Assembly (NCBI GenBank): GCA_965223335.1
Contig: OZ244991.1
Span: forward strand, 1,504,001 to 1,568,000
Length of the DNA stretch: 64,000 bases
Origin: Thermodesulfobacteriota bacterium
Lineage (GTDB): Bacteria > Desulfobacterota_D > UBA1144 > Nemesobacterales > UBA2774
Direction of reading: 5' to 3'
Part shown: positions 1-9,947 of the stretch, piece after piece
Layout: each line of letters opens with the position of its first letter
Numbering within the stretch: position 1 is the first letter of the stretch
Position numbers and translations under genes: made by a program
Notes under the pieces: generated by a model
What the model was told of the DNA's origin: nothing
The model's database searches: none
The model's input: the letters and a program-made list of their open reading frames with translations, nothing else

Positions 1-222
1 GGCGAGTTTGTGAGGTTGTACTATGGGGACAACTTTTTCCACCCCTTCTAGGATGCTCAGTGTCTCCATATCCTGTGGCTTGCCTCGCTCGTCACCTACC
101 GCTCCAATAACAGTCCTGAGTACCCCTTGGATCAGGTGTGCTTTGTACCCAAGCTCATCCATAGTATCCACAGCTTTTTGGATCTGTTCCTCTGAGGCAC
201 CGCTTTTCATTACAACTATCAT
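1..222 (-). CDS. aroF: DAHP synthase (type I-beta), N-terminal ferredoxin-like regulatory domain; partial, runs off the window edge
   Basis: Manual translation from ATG 222: MIVVMKSGASEEQIQKAVDTMDELGYKAHLIQGVLRTVIGAVGDERGKPQDMETLSILEGVEKVVPIVQPHKLA, a typical AroF N-terminus. Not in the ORF track. Confidence 0.85.
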   Translation of the reverse strand, partial: MIVVMKSGASEEQIQKAVDTMDELGYKAHLIQGVLRTVIGAVGDERGKPQDMETLSILEGVEKVVPIVQPHKLA

Positions 223-419
223 TTAAAGCTCCTGATAATAGAGTTACCCCTAACCCCGGATCAAGTGTGCTAGCATACATGAAGAACTAATCATGTCAAT
301 ATATAAAGGGACACATTCTAAGTGTTTGTTTAGGTTTGTTTAGGTGTGTGTTCCGGTTCAAAAATGTGTAGTATTGATTCTTGGGATATTCCCGAGAATA
401 ATATTAAACTCCTACTTTA

Positions 420-503
420 GGGCAGGTGGTGAAATTGGCAGACACGACGGCCTCAAAAGCCGTTGGACTTATGTCCGTGGGGGTTCGAGTCCCCCCCTGC
501 CCA
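420..503 (+). tRNA. tRNA-Leu(CAA), long variable arm, CCA not encoded
   Basis: GGGCAGG/CCTGCCC acceptor stem, ACGGC-CT-CAA-AA-GCCGT anticodon arm, GGGGGTTCGAGTCCCCC T arm. Confidence 0.93.
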
Positions 504-572
504 GACTACCGATCACATTTATCTTTAGACTGTATCCAATCAACAAATACTAACTTCATCACATAAACTAAA

Positions 573-600
573 TTGCATCCCTCCGTCCAGGTGCTATTAT
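573..600 (+). promoter_or_regulatory. sigma70-like promoter of ald (TTGCAT-16-TATTAT, extended -10 TG)
   Basis: TTGCAT 573-578, TGcTATTAT 592-600, ATG 10 nt downstream, no SD. Confidence 0.5.
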
Positions 601-610
601 CTATTATTAG

Positions 611-1663
611 ATGATTATTGGGATACCGAGAGAGAGAAAGGTCCAAGAGTACAGGGTAGCGCTCACGCCCCAGGCTGTGCGGGTACTGACACAGCACAAG
701 CACAAGGTGTTTGTCGAGAAGGGCGCGGGTGGCGGTAGTGGGATACCCGACGAGGACTATAAAAAAGCCGGGGCGAGGATCGTAAATACCGAAAGGGAGC
801 TTTTCAAAAAGACCAAACTCATAGTTAAAGTAAAAGAGCCTCTCCCAACCGAATACCCGTATATTAAGGAACACCATACAATATTTTCCTACCTACATCT
901 GGCTGCGGATAGAAAACTCATCCAAGCACTAAAGAAAAGCAAATGCCGGGCTATGGCATTTGAAACAGTCGAACTCCCCGACGGTTCGCTCCCTATGCTT
1001 GTGCCTATGAGCACTATTGCAGGGCGGTTATCAGTACAGGTAGGTGTGCACTTCCTCCAGAAGTCCAAGGGGGGCAAGGGTGTGCTTCTATGCGGTGCTG
1101 CGGGGGTTAGAAGCGGGCGAGTCACAGTTATCGGAGGTGGTACGGTTGGGCTTAGCGCAGTGCTTTCGGCGCTTGGCCTGGGAGCAGAAGTAACTGTCAT
1201 TGACATTAAACAAGAGAAGCTTGATTTCTTCTATGAGCAGTTTGAGGGCAGGGTAAAGACACTTCCATCATACCCCGAGGTAGTCGAGAACGAGCTTATA
1301 AAGTCAGACCTAGTAGTAGGTGCGGTACTTGTTACGGGTGCAAAGGCCCCTAAAGTGATTACCAAAGAGATGATAAAGAAGATGGAGAAGGGCAGTGTGT
1401 TTGTGGATGTCGCGATTGACCAGGGGGGATGCTCCGAGACCAGCAAACCCACGACACACGACTCTCCTGTTTACGACTCTTACGGCATAAAACATTACTG
1501 TGTTACAAACATGCCGTCTCTGGTAGCCAAGACCTCAACCTATTATCTATCCAACACTATCCTTCCCTATGTGCTTATGGTTGCCGACGGCAAGACGGAG
1601 CAGAACGAAGCTCTTTATAAAGGCATAAACGTTGATAACGGCAAGCTTATGCTCGATATCTAA
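611..1663 (+). CDS. ald: alanine dehydrogenase
   Basis: MIIGIPRE..EYRVALTP, YLHLAA, PMSTIAGR, GGGTVG, DVAIDQGGC, HYCVTNMP. Confidence 0.95.
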   Translation: MIIGIPRERKVQEYRVALTPQAVRVLTQHKHKVFVEKGAGGGSGIPDEDYKKAGARIVNTERELFKKTKLIVKVKEPLPTEYPYIKEHHTIFSYLHLAADRKLIQALKKSKCRAMAFETVELPDGSLPMLVPMSTIAGRLSVQVGVHFLQKSKGGKGVLLCGAAGVRSGRVTVIGGGTVGLSAVLSALGLGAEVTVIDIKQEKLDFFYEQFEGRVKTLPSYPEVVENELIKSDLVVGAVLVTGAKAPKVITKEMIKKMEKGSVFVDVAIDQGGCSETSKPTTHDSPVYDSYGIKHYCVTNMPSLVAKTSTYYLSNTILPYVLMVADGKTEQNEALYKGINVDNGKLMLDI

Positions 1664-1680
1664 TTGCCCAGCCTAAAAAA

Positions 1681-3543
1681 TTATTGAACAGTCCCATTAA
1701 AATATTGAGTGGCTAGATTATAGGCATCTTTACCCACTTGAGCGCCTACGATTCTGCCTTCCAGGTCGTCAGCATCCACGTGAATTCCGCCCCATAGACG
1801 CGAGATACCGGCTTCATCTGATGCATCATAATAAGTTGCCCATTCCAACACAACCTCTTCAGTGGGACCGATCTCGAACTCAAGAAAATGGTCTTTTTCC
1901 GCAACCAGTGTGCCAAGACCGCCCGGGAAATATTTGCTGCCGGTGATTGAGGCCAAGACCTCGGCGGCGGCCCGGCTGAAAGTGCTGTGGCCGGATATGT
2001 AACCAGCAAACGGTGGTGTTACGAAGTTAGAGCGCTGATACGGGAGCCAATTAACAGCCAGTATCCATCCTGTGCCGCTGTACTCGTTCTCGGGGTCATC
2101 CGGCTCGCCCAGCCATGACTTTATTGCAATTAGTCCCACCTGTGCCTGCAAGTGGCTATGGCGTTCCCCCGCTGCACTTGACTCGGGAGTTATAACCTCT
2201 ATCAATCCGGGTACCAGAGGCAACCCATCGGGGTGATAAGAGGTGCCGCCGGGATCAGAAGACTGGCCCAATCCACCCATGTAGCGGATGGCCGATATAG
2301 GCCTTACATAATCGTATTTGCGCTTGGCGTCCCATGCAGCAACCGCAGCGTCATGCACTGCACCGTTTATGGCAAAGTAGAGTTTGACGTCCCACTCGAG
2401 TTCATTCACAATAGCTCCACCGCCCCCTATTGCCTTTACGAGTAGGGGATGGTCCGAAACATAATTGGCCAGGGTGTTCCAATGCCCCGGTGGGGTCTCC
2501 GAGTCGGGGCCGTCGGCCCAAAACTCGGCAAGTATACGTCCATAATCACCCCTTTTCACAATATTCGGTGCATATGGCTGCCCGGTAAAAGGGTTGGTGT
2601 TGTAGCCTGTGCCGTTGTTGGTCCCGAGTGTGTTGTTGCCTATTGCTCCGGGGGATATGTCTATCAATACCCCGTCATCCGGGTCAACCCGGCTGCTGAA
2701 CCTAATCACGCGGACTATAGCGTTTTTAAATTCGGCATCGTCTATTCCTCCAAGTTGAGGGGGTAATCCGGGATCTAGGTAAATATCCACATCGGGATTG
2801 CCTCTGGGTGCGAGCGCAAACGGTTTTACATAACCCCATTGCGATCCGAGGAATACCTGTACATCGCCGCGCTGAAGCCCGTTTTGTGTGAGCCGTCCCG
2901 TAATATCAAGTGGCTGCCACCGGTTCGGATCAACCATCACTGTACCCGGGATACTGATCACCAGGGGTTCATTCACAGGCATGTACCCGGTGTTATCCTC
3001 ATATTCGTTTGCTTCGTTAGCTCCATCCGTGAGGCCGTATGCCAACACGGCTTCGGCGATACGGTTGCCGAGCGCTGCAGGGGAGTTGCCGGCAGTACCG
3101 GTAAATGATTTATCGTATCCCAAGTCGTCCATAGTTTCATCGAACGAGGCCAGTGATTCCGCAGCACCCGGTGAGATTTTGTAGCGCTCTTTTAAAACTC
3201 GGTATGCGGCAAAACTGATGGCCTCTGCACGTGCTGTTTCTATATCATCAGCAGTCAATTTTTCCTTGACAAGGTAGCCTGTGGCTATGGTGTCGTAAGC
3301 AGCCCAGGCATCGTACATTGCTACGGATGTGTGGAACAGGTTGCGCGAGTGCACTGTCGGTGCGGGGTAGTCTATTCTAATGGCATCGAGCAGTTGCTCG
3401 TTCCAGATACGTGCGACGGAGTAGTTTAAGTCTCCTGTACTGGAACTTGATGATTTGTCACACGCGGTTTGTACAATGGATAATGCGAGTAAAACGGTTA
3501 ATCCAACCCCTATGATTAACCTTGGGTAGGTCAATCCCTTCAT
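1681..3543 (-). CDS. exported vanadium-dependent haloperoxidase-like protein (PAP2 superfamily)
   Basis: KRKYDYVRP (K-x6-RP), PPFAGYISGHS, SRLWGGIH motifs, EFWADGP; N-terminal signal ending ..QTAC then Ser-rich linker. Confidence 0.8.
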   Translation of the reverse strand: MKGLTYPRLIIGVGLTVLLALSIVQTACDKSSSSSTGDLNYSVARIWNEQLLDAIRIDYPAPTVHSRNLFHTSVAMYDAWAAYDTIATGYLVKEKLTADDIETARAEAISFAAYRVLKERYKISPGAAESLASFDETMDDLGYDKSFTGTAGNSPAALGNRIAEAVLAYGLTDGANEANEYEDNTGYMPVNEPLVISIPGTVMVDPNRWQPLDITGRLTQNGLQRGDVQVFLGSQWGYVKPFALAPRGNPDVDIYLDPGLPPQLGGIDDAEFKNAIVRVIRFSSRVDPDDGVLIDISPGAIGNNTLGTNNGTGYNTNPFTGQPYAPNIVKRGDYGRILAEFWADGPDSETPPGHWNTLANYVSDHPLLVKAIGGGGAIVNELEWDVKLYFAINGAVHDAAVAAWDAKRKYDYVRPISAIRYMGGLGQSSDPGGTSYHPDGLPLVPGLIEVITPESSAAGERHSHLQAQVGLIAIKSWLGEPDDPENEYSGTGWILAVNWLPYQRSNFVTPPFAGYISGHSTFSRAAAEVLASITGSKYFPGGLGTLVAEKDHFLEFEIGPTEEVVLEWATYYDASDEAGISRLWGGIHVDADDLEGRIVGAQVGKDAYNLATQYFNGTVQ

Positions 3544-3735
3544 GTTGTTTGTCCCCCTTTGGATTACTTCCTTCTAGCGCAATAGTATACATAAGAATCG
3601 AGTAGTGGGGAGTAGAGAGTTGGGATTCTATCAACCTAAATTCAGTAACTGTCTGAAATTATGGATATAGCGTTTACGTATTATCGAAATGTTCTAATTC
3701 GGGATAAGGAGTATGGGAGCTCAGCCATGGTAAAA

Positions 3736-4893
3736 TCAGTACCTGGGCATTTCAGGGTCGTGCTTCTCGGCCCAAGCGTCAATGCCGCCTGCCAGGTTTT
3801 TCACCTTCTGAAAGCCCATGTTTCTAAGCAGTCTTGTGGCCTGCATGCTACGTGACCCGTGGTGGCAGTGTACAATAATGTCGTCTGCAGTATCCAGTTC
3901 GTTTACCCTGCTCGGCAGTTCGCCAAGAGGTATTAACACAGAGCCGTCAATGCTGCATATATCATACTCATGCGGCTCTCTGACATCGAGTATCTTTACA
4001 GGACCGTTTGAAGAAACGATTTCGTGGAACTCATCTACGCTTATTTCCAACTTATCGTCCTCACCCGAGGTGTCTTCAAGCCCTAACTCGCCACGCCCTA
4101 TCCCACAGAACTGTTCATAGTCAATTAGCTCAGTAATAGTGGCGTTCTCGCCGCATATGGGGCAGTCGGGGTCCTTTCTGAGGCTAAGCTCCCTTACTTT
4201 CATATCCATCACGTCCATAAAGAGCAGCTTCCCGATAAGCGGTGTCCCTTTCTCTATAATGAGCTTAATCGTCTCGGCGGCTTGCAGCGTGCCTATTACC
4301 CCCGGCAATATGCCAAGAACTCCACCCTCTGCACAACTGGGCACAAGTCCCGGGGGCGGGGGTTCGGGGTAGAGACATCTGTAGCAGGGGCCACGTTTGG
4401 CGTCGAATACGCTCACTTGGCCCTCAAACCTAAAAATGCTTCCGTATACGTTTGGTTTTCCCAACAGCACGCATGAGTCGTTTACAAGATATCTGGTGGC
4501 AAAATTGTCCGTACCGTCCACAACGACATCATAATCCTTAATGATATCCATTGCGTTGTCGGATGTTATTGTAGTGTTATAAGTCTCTATCTCTACGTCG
4601 GAGTTAAGGCTCTCCAGAGTTTCTTTGGCCGACTCGACCTTTAGCATGCCGACCGTATCTTCGTTGTGTATGATTTGACGTTGCAGGTTGCTGAAATCTA
4701 CTACATCAAAATCGAGTATGCCCAGTTTACCGACACCTGCGGCTGCCAAGTAGAGCGCCAGGGGCGAGCCGAGCCCGCCTGCACCTATACACAGCACCTT
4801 TGCGGCTGCAAGTTTTTCCTGTCCCTCTACCCCTACCTCGGGCATTATGAGGTGGCGGCTATATCGTCTAATCTGTTCGTTTGTAAGACCCAT
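3736..4893 (-). CDS. moeZ: MoeB/ThiF adenylyltransferase fused to C-terminal rhodanese (MoeZ/MOCS3 type)
   Basis: RYSRHL, GAGGLG, SNLQRQ, CYRC and CPIC Zn motifs, LDVRE...HCHHGSRS rhodanese loop. Confidence 0.9.
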   Translation of the reverse strand: MGLTNEQIRRYSRHLIMPEVGVEGQEKLAAAKVLCIGAGGLGSPLALYLAAAGVGKLGILDFDVVDFSNLQRQIIHNEDTVGMLKVESAKETLESLNSDVEIETYNTTITSDNAMDIIKDYDVVVDGTDNFATRYLVNDSCVLLGKPNVYGSIFRFEGQVSVFDAKRGPCYRCLYPEPPPPGLVPSCAEGGVLGILPGVIGTLQAAETIKLIIEKGTPLIGKLLFMDVMDMKVRELSLRKDPDCPICGENATITELIDYEQFCGIGRGELGLEDTSGEDDKLEISVDEFHEIVSSNGPVKILDVREPHEYDICSIDGSVLIPLGELPSRVNELDTADDIIVHCHHGSRSMQATRLLRNMGFQKVKNLAGGIDAWAEKHDPEMPRY

Positions 4894-5028
4894 CTTAATT
4901 TACCTTCCTTCCTTTGATCTGGAGAATCATAATAAATTAATACAGAAACGGTGGTGTTTCAACTTCATGCAGTGCCTGTGATCAGTGCCGTGCTGAATTT
5001 ATTTAGATTAATTATACTTGTATTGGAT

Positions 5029-5787
5029 TCAGAGGTTCATTTGACGCTCTTTTATAAACGGGACATGAATCTGATCCTGTTTGTAGTTGCCGGTAAGCGC
5101 ATAGAGCATGATATTGATACCTAGTCTAAAGGCGAGCTCTCTCTGCGATTCACCCCCCGGTATGCACTCGAACTCCCATTTACCGAACTCGTCTTCCGAC
5201 CATGCACCCAGCAGATCGTTCCTGGAGTATATGAGTGCTGTCCTTTGCTCGTCTTTAAAGGTTATGCCTTCCAAAGACGGCTCGATTATCTTTCTTCCGC
5301 TTGGCGAGTGGAGCAGGTAAAAGGACTTATACAGAACATGATCGTGGGGTATTATCGATAAGCTTAGCTCGGGGATAATACTTGAAATTTCGTTCCTGAT
5401 CGACCTATCGAACTCGGAATCTGTTTCGCCAGACGAGTCATCGACTACTATTGTGCCTCCCATCTTTAAGAACCTGCGCAGTATGGTTCTTTGTTCGTTA
5501 CTAAACGGTGCAAATCCCCCAGTGCCGCTTATAAAGAGTAACGGGTAGTCATGTAGTTTAGGGTCGTCAATGGCTATATCCACTTTATCCGGAGAGGTCT
5601 TTACACTGGTTCTGATCTCTAAAGAGCTCAAAAACCTTTTATAAGCTCTGGGGCGCGGGTCCCAGTTGCCGTTATATATGAGTTGCGTGTAATGGAATTT
5701 ACTAGTGTCTGGGCGTGCCTTTGTCGAAAATATTAAACCCATACTGCCTAAAAGCACACTTTTTACAAATACTCTTCGTGTGATCAC
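5029..5787 (-). CDS. DUF4159-like protein with Tat signal peptide
   Basis: TRRVFVK twin-arginine motif; YPLLFISG, LRRFL..GG.I..DD, AFRLGINIMLYALTG pattern. Confidence 0.7.
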   Translation of the reverse strand: MITRRVFVKSVLLGSMGLIFSTKARPDTSKFHYTQLIYNGNWDPRPRAYKRFLSSLEIRTSVKTSPDKVDIAIDDPKLHDYPLLFISGTGGFAPFSNEQRTILRRFLKMGGTIVVDDSSGETDSEFDRSIRNEISSIIPELSLSIIPHDHVLYKSFYLLHSPSGRKIIEPSLEGITFKDEQRTALIYSRNDLLGAWSEDEFGKWEFECIPGGESQRELAFRLGINIMLYALTGNYKQDQIHVPFIKERQMNL

Positions 5788-5934
5788 TTAAATAAGTTTG
5801 TGCGTAGTTGGAAAGGGTGTCAAGCTGAACTTACAGCGCATACAACTATCCCCCACATTTTCGTTTAATGGAAAATCACAGCACGTGGGAAACTAAATAA
5901 TGAGAGACAGAATAACCCCGGCAGAGTTAGTTGC

Positions 5935-6147
5935 TTATTCTGACTCTACTTTAACGACCTTTGTGGCCTGTGGACCTTTGGGGCCGTCTGTAATTTCAAA
6001 TTCAACCGCTTCACCTTCGGCAAGGCTCTTATAGCCGTCGCCTTCTATGACACTGTAGTGAACGAATATATCCTTCTCTACCTCGTCAGATTGTATGAAG
6101 CCGTAACCTTTAGAACTATTAAACCACTTAACAGTACCTTGTTTCAA
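5935..6147 (-). CDS. cspA: cold-shock protein (TTG start, GGAGG SD)
   Basis: GTVKWFN..KGYGFI (RNP1), DIFVHYS (RNP2), GPKGPQA. Confidence 0.93.
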   Translation of the reverse strand: MKQGTVKWFNSSKGYGFIQSDEVEKDIFVHYSVIEGDGYKSLAEGEAVEFEITDGPKGPQATKVVKVESE

Positions 6148-6289
6148 AATACACTACCTCCTAAAATCTACTTCTGAAACTTAATATGGCACGATTTTGG
6201 TATTTTGTCAATCAGTATATTTTAGATTGAAAAATTTGGATGTGAGACATAATTAAGTAAGCTTTTCTGCACGAAAAGACAGGTTGATA

Positions 6290-7438
6290 ATGAGTTTAGA
6301 TCCAAAGACAATAGAGTATTACCGTAGCCTTTTTCCTATTACAAAAGACTACATTTATCTCGACCACGCCGGGGTTGCCCCGGTTTCGACCTCTGTGTGT
6401 GGGGCTGCGCACGACTTTATGGTGGAGTCTTCGGAGCACGGCATAGCACGCTACGAACAATGGACTGGGCGCATAGACGAGGTTAGGGGTAGGAGTGCCG
6501 AGATTACGGGGGCCAAAGACACCGAGATCGCATTTATTAAGAACACCTCGCACGGCATATCGATTGTAGCATCGGGGCTCGAGTGGAAAGAGGGAGATAA
6601 TGTAATTGTATATGAAAGGGACTTTCCCTCGAATATATACCCGTGGCTAAATCTTAAGAGCCTGGGGGTCGAACTAAGATACTTCAAAGCTACAAATAAC
6701 CGCATAGATATTAAAGTGATAGCGGGTCTCATGGATTCCCGCACACGTGTGGTGTCAGTAACATCTGTGCAATCCAACAACGGGTTTATGATCGATCTGG
6801 GGCGGCTTGGGGCGTTGTGTAAGCGCAACGATACACTCTTATTTGTCGACGCTATTCAGAGCCTGGGTGCAGTGCCAATGGATGTAGGGGAAATGGGTAT
6901 CGATTTTATGGCTGCCGATGCGCATAAGTGGCTCTTGGGGCCCGAGGGGATAGGGATCTTCTATTGCCGAGAGGAACTGGCACCCCGGATTGAGCCGTGT
7001 TTAATAGGCTGGAAGAGTGTGGTGGGTGAGGACGATTTTGAGACCATCGATCTCACACTAAAAGACAACACACTTCGTTTTGAAGAGGGCTCGCCTAATA
7101 TTGCAGGCATATATGCGCTAGGTGCAGCATTGGATCTGTTGCTCGAGGTCGGGGTTCGGGAGATCAAAACACGGATCGATGGGCTTGTGGACGTTATCAT
7201 CAGTGAAGTCCAAAAGCGTGGTCTTACACTTATAAGTCCCCGAGATGCGAATGAGCGCGGGGGCATAGCCGTATTCCGAGGCGGGTTTGATCCCGCAGAT
7301 ATAAGGACTCAACTGCAAAAGAGGAATATTATAGTGAATACAAGGGGAGGGGCGCTTAGGTTATCACCCCATTTCTATAACACAGAGGACGAGATTAAGG
7401 CTGTGTTCAGTGCGCTTGACAACCTTACAAGCAACTGA
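6290..7438 (+). CDS. class V PLP aminotransferase (C-S lyase/desulfurase-like, no catalytic Cys loop)
   Basis: YLDHAG, DAIQSLG, AHKWLLGP (PLP lysine), FEEGS, LRLSPHFYN. Confidence 0.8.
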   Translation: MSLDPKTIEYYRSLFPITKDYIYLDHAGVAPVSTSVCGAAHDFMVESSEHGIARYEQWTGRIDEVRGRSAEITGAKDTEIAFIKNTSHGISIVASGLEWKEGDNVIVYERDFPSNIYPWLNLKSLGVELRYFKATNNRIDIKVIAGLMDSRTRVVSVTSVQSNNGFMIDLGRLGALCKRNDTLLFVDAIQSLGAVPMDVGEMGIDFMAADAHKWLLGPEGIGIFYCREELAPRIEPCLIGWKSVVGEDDFETIDLTLKDNTLRFEEGSPNIAGIYALGAALDLLLEVGVREIKTRIDGLVDVIISEVQKRGLTLISPRDANERGGIAVFRGGFDPADIRTQLQKRNIIVNTRGGALRLSPHFYNTEDEIKAVFSALDNLTSN

Positions 7439-7446
7439 TTATAAAG

Positions 7447-8463
7447 TTAACGGCTACGCGAAAAATAAATTGTTACGGCAAGTATAAGTAGCAGTGCTAC
7501 CCAAAGAGTAATTGCAATGCTTGTGGATTTTTTCGCACGGTCCGCCTGCCACCATGTAAGCGGCCTCACACCCTGAATCAAGAATGTTAACACCGCAGAC
7601 AGGTTCACACAGATCACATTAACGAGCAATAATTGTAGCGCACCCATTGCGTGGGTGTACTGTGCCGATCCCATCAACATTCCAAACGATACAGTGGGGG
7701 GCAGCAACGCCACTGCTACCATTACACCTATGAGTGCACCGGGTATCCCTTTTGTGAACGAGAGTGCCCCCGCAACACCCGAGGCCAAGGCTAAAGCTAT
7801 GTCCCCGAACCCTACATTTGTGCGCGAGGCCAGCTCCTCAATCGCAATGTCTACGTCATAAAGAAGCCCGATGGCATACGAGAGCCCGAAAGCAACAGCA
7901 AATCCCAACAGGTTGGCTTCCATGCTCCGCCTAAGCAGTTTCATGTCGCCCAATGTGGTGCCGAACGCAAGTGTCATATTAGAGCCCAGCATCGGGGCGA
8001 TTACCATGGCACCTATAATAATTGCAACATTGTTTTTTAGGATTCCTATAGAGGCTACTATGGCGGAGAGCACTACAAATACTACAAACAAAGTGTTGAT
8101 ACCTGCCGTGTCACTGATATCTGTGTAGAGTTCCTCTCGGCTTATTCTCCCTATGGTTATTTTCTTTTTGTCGTTATTGGGTTCTGTCGGCTCGGGTTCT
8201 TTAGGTTTATGTATAGGGCGCGGGATAGTGGCCTCTACGGGTATAAGCATTATTCTAAACCCCTCGGTATTCGAATAACGCTTCTCGAGGATATCTAGCA
8301 TCGCTTCGGTCTTGTCGGCCTCGATCAGAAACTGGATCAGGTGGTGATCCTCAGAGTTGCTCGATTCCCAGTTATCTATTGTGGGGTGATCTTCGAGTAA
8401 CTCCTTAATCCACGCTATATCCTCAGACGCTGGTAGTCGCAGCTCAACTAATCTTAGACTCAT
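7447..8463 (-). CDS. TIGR00341/DUF389 family membrane protein
   Basis: IIIGAMVIAP, DIALALASGVAGA, GVMVAVALLPP; multiple TM segments. Confidence 0.8.
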   Translation of the reverse strand: MSLRLVELRLPASEDIAWIKELLEDHPTIDNWESSNSEDHHLIQFLIEADKTEAMLDILEKRYSNTEGFRIMLIPVEATIPRPIHKPKEPEPTEPNNDKKKITIGRISREELYTDISDTAGINTLFVVFVVLSAIVASIGILKNNVAIIIGAMVIAPMLGSNMTLAFGTTLGDMKLLRRSMEANLLGFAVAFGLSYAIGLLYDVDIAIEELASRTNVGFGDIALALASGVAGALSFTKGIPGALIGVMVAVALLPPTVSFGMLMGSAQYTHAMGALQLLLVNVICVNLSAVLTFLIQGVRPLTWWQADRAKKSTSIAITLWVALLLILAVTIYFSRSR

Positions 8464-8488
8464 CTCGTATGCTCTCGGGGGTATTGTA

Positions 8489-9841
8489 TCATTGAATCAT
8501 ATAGTTTTGGAACAGTGCAGCGAGCCCCAGGAATACGAATATCCCAATCACATCCGTAACCGTAGTAACGATAATGGCCGATGACTGAGCGGGGTCAAGT
8601 CCGAGAGACTTCATTATCATAGGCACCAGTGCCCCCGACACTCCCGCCACAATAAGGGTTATTAGCATTGCAAACCCTGTCACAATGGCTAGGTCCAGGT
8701 TCTCCTGCCAGAGCCATACCACAACCCCTGTAACCAATCCTATTGCTATACCGTTTAATAAGGCCAGTTTCCCCTCTTTCAGTACAAAATCGTATCTGTT
8801 TTTGTTTGTTACCTCTTTCATTACGACTCCCCGCATCAAAACGGCTAGGGACTGCGAGCCGGCGTTGCCTCCCTGGTCTGCTATTACTGGTAGAAACACC
8901 GCAAGTACGGTTAGCGTTGCGATGGTGTCTTCAAACATGGCTACTACAAGACCTGCTATGAATGCCATAGCCAAGTTGAAATGAAGCCATGGAAGGCGTT
9001 TTCTGAGCGAGAACCCGATGGGTGAGAACGCCTTTTCGTTACTCCCCGCACCAAACATTTTTTGCAGATCCCTAGATGCTCTGTCGTGCCCCTGTTTTAT
9101 GAACTGCCCGGCTTTAATAATCCCCAGTAAATGGCCCTCGTTGTCCACAACGGGTGCTGCGAAGTACCCCCTATTGCTTAGCTTTTTAGCAACCTCTTTT
9201 ATGTCTGTAAAAGCATTTATTGCAAAGACGTTCTCTATCATCACTTTGTCCAGGGTGCTGTCGGGGTCGGCCAGTATGAGCTCGCGCATATTGAGCACGC
9301 CTGCGAGTTTGCCCTCTGTATCTACGACATAGACGTAAGAGGACGGGTGTTTGATATGGGCAAGCCATCTGAGTTTCTGAATGGCGTCTTCAACTCTGAT
9401 ATCGCTATGGAAATAGATATACTCCGAGCTCATTAACCTCCCGGCACTATGCTCGGGATAGGTGATGATGTCCTCGATTTTCTTTTTGGTAGCCGGGGGC
9501 AGTATGCTAATGATCCGGTTTTGGAACTCTTCGGGCACCGACTGTAGGATGGCGGCGCCGGCCTCGGGCTCCAGATTCTCCACGATTGCACTTAGAATTT
9601 CCTGAGGTACCTCTTGGAGTAACTGTGCCGCCTGGGCTACGTTTAGGTGTTTGCACACGTTTGCCGTTAGAGACGGTGGTAATGTCTTTAGTATCAAAAG
9701 GGCCTCTTCCTCTTCCATTGTCTCAAGTATATGAGCTGCAACAGGCGGGTCGTATTCGAAGAATTTATGTATGAACGGAAACAGTTTTATCTCTTTTTCA
9801 GACATCTTTGGTCTCCTGTTGGAACGAAGGGATCTAAGCAT
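8489..9841 (-). CDS. mgtE: MgtE magnesium transporter (alternative SD-led in-frame start at 9805)
   Basis: YPEHSAGRLM, CBS pair, RKRLPWL, GGNAGSQ, DPA, TTVTD. Confidence 0.9.
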   Translation of the reverse strand: MLRSLRSNRRPKMSEKEIKLFPFIHKFFEYDPPVAAHILETMEEEEALLILKTLPPSLTANVCKHLNVAQAAQLLQEVPQEILSAIVENLEPEAGAAILQSVPEEFQNRIISILPPATKKKIEDIITYPEHSAGRLMSSEYIYFHSDIRVEDAIQKLRWLAHIKHPSSYVYVVDTEGKLAGVLNMRELILADPDSTLDKVMIENVFAINAFTDIKEVAKKLSNRGYFAAPVVDNEGHLLGIIKAGQFIKQGHDRASRDLQKMFGAGSNEKAFSPIGFSLRKRLPWLHFNLAMAFIAGLVVAMFEDTIATLTVLAVFLPVIADQGGNAGSQSLAVLMRGVVMKEVTNKNRYDFVLKEGKLALLNGIAIGLVTGVVVWLWQENLDLAIVTGFAMLITLIVAGVSGALVPMIMKSLGLDPAQSSAIIVTTVTDVIGIFVFLGLAALFQNYMIQ

Positions 9842-9947
9842 GTTAATTACTCCTAAATAGGGGGCTTAAGGATATTATTCAACACAATTCGTATTTGATG
9901 CAAATATCGATTCGGTGTTTGCTATGAATAAAGGATGTAGTAGAGAT

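Noticed and set aside
324..344. GTTTGTTTAG direct repeat, two copies
   Set aside because: Too short and low-complexity; no spacer structure, not CRISPR.
23..877. ORFs 23-226(+), 344-553(+), 506-877(-)
   Set aside because: Shadows of aroF, tRNA-Leu and ald.
420..3543. tRNA-Leu as a genomic island attachment site
   Set aside because: No integrase, and I saw no repeat of the tRNA 3' end downstream; the next gene is housekeeping ald.
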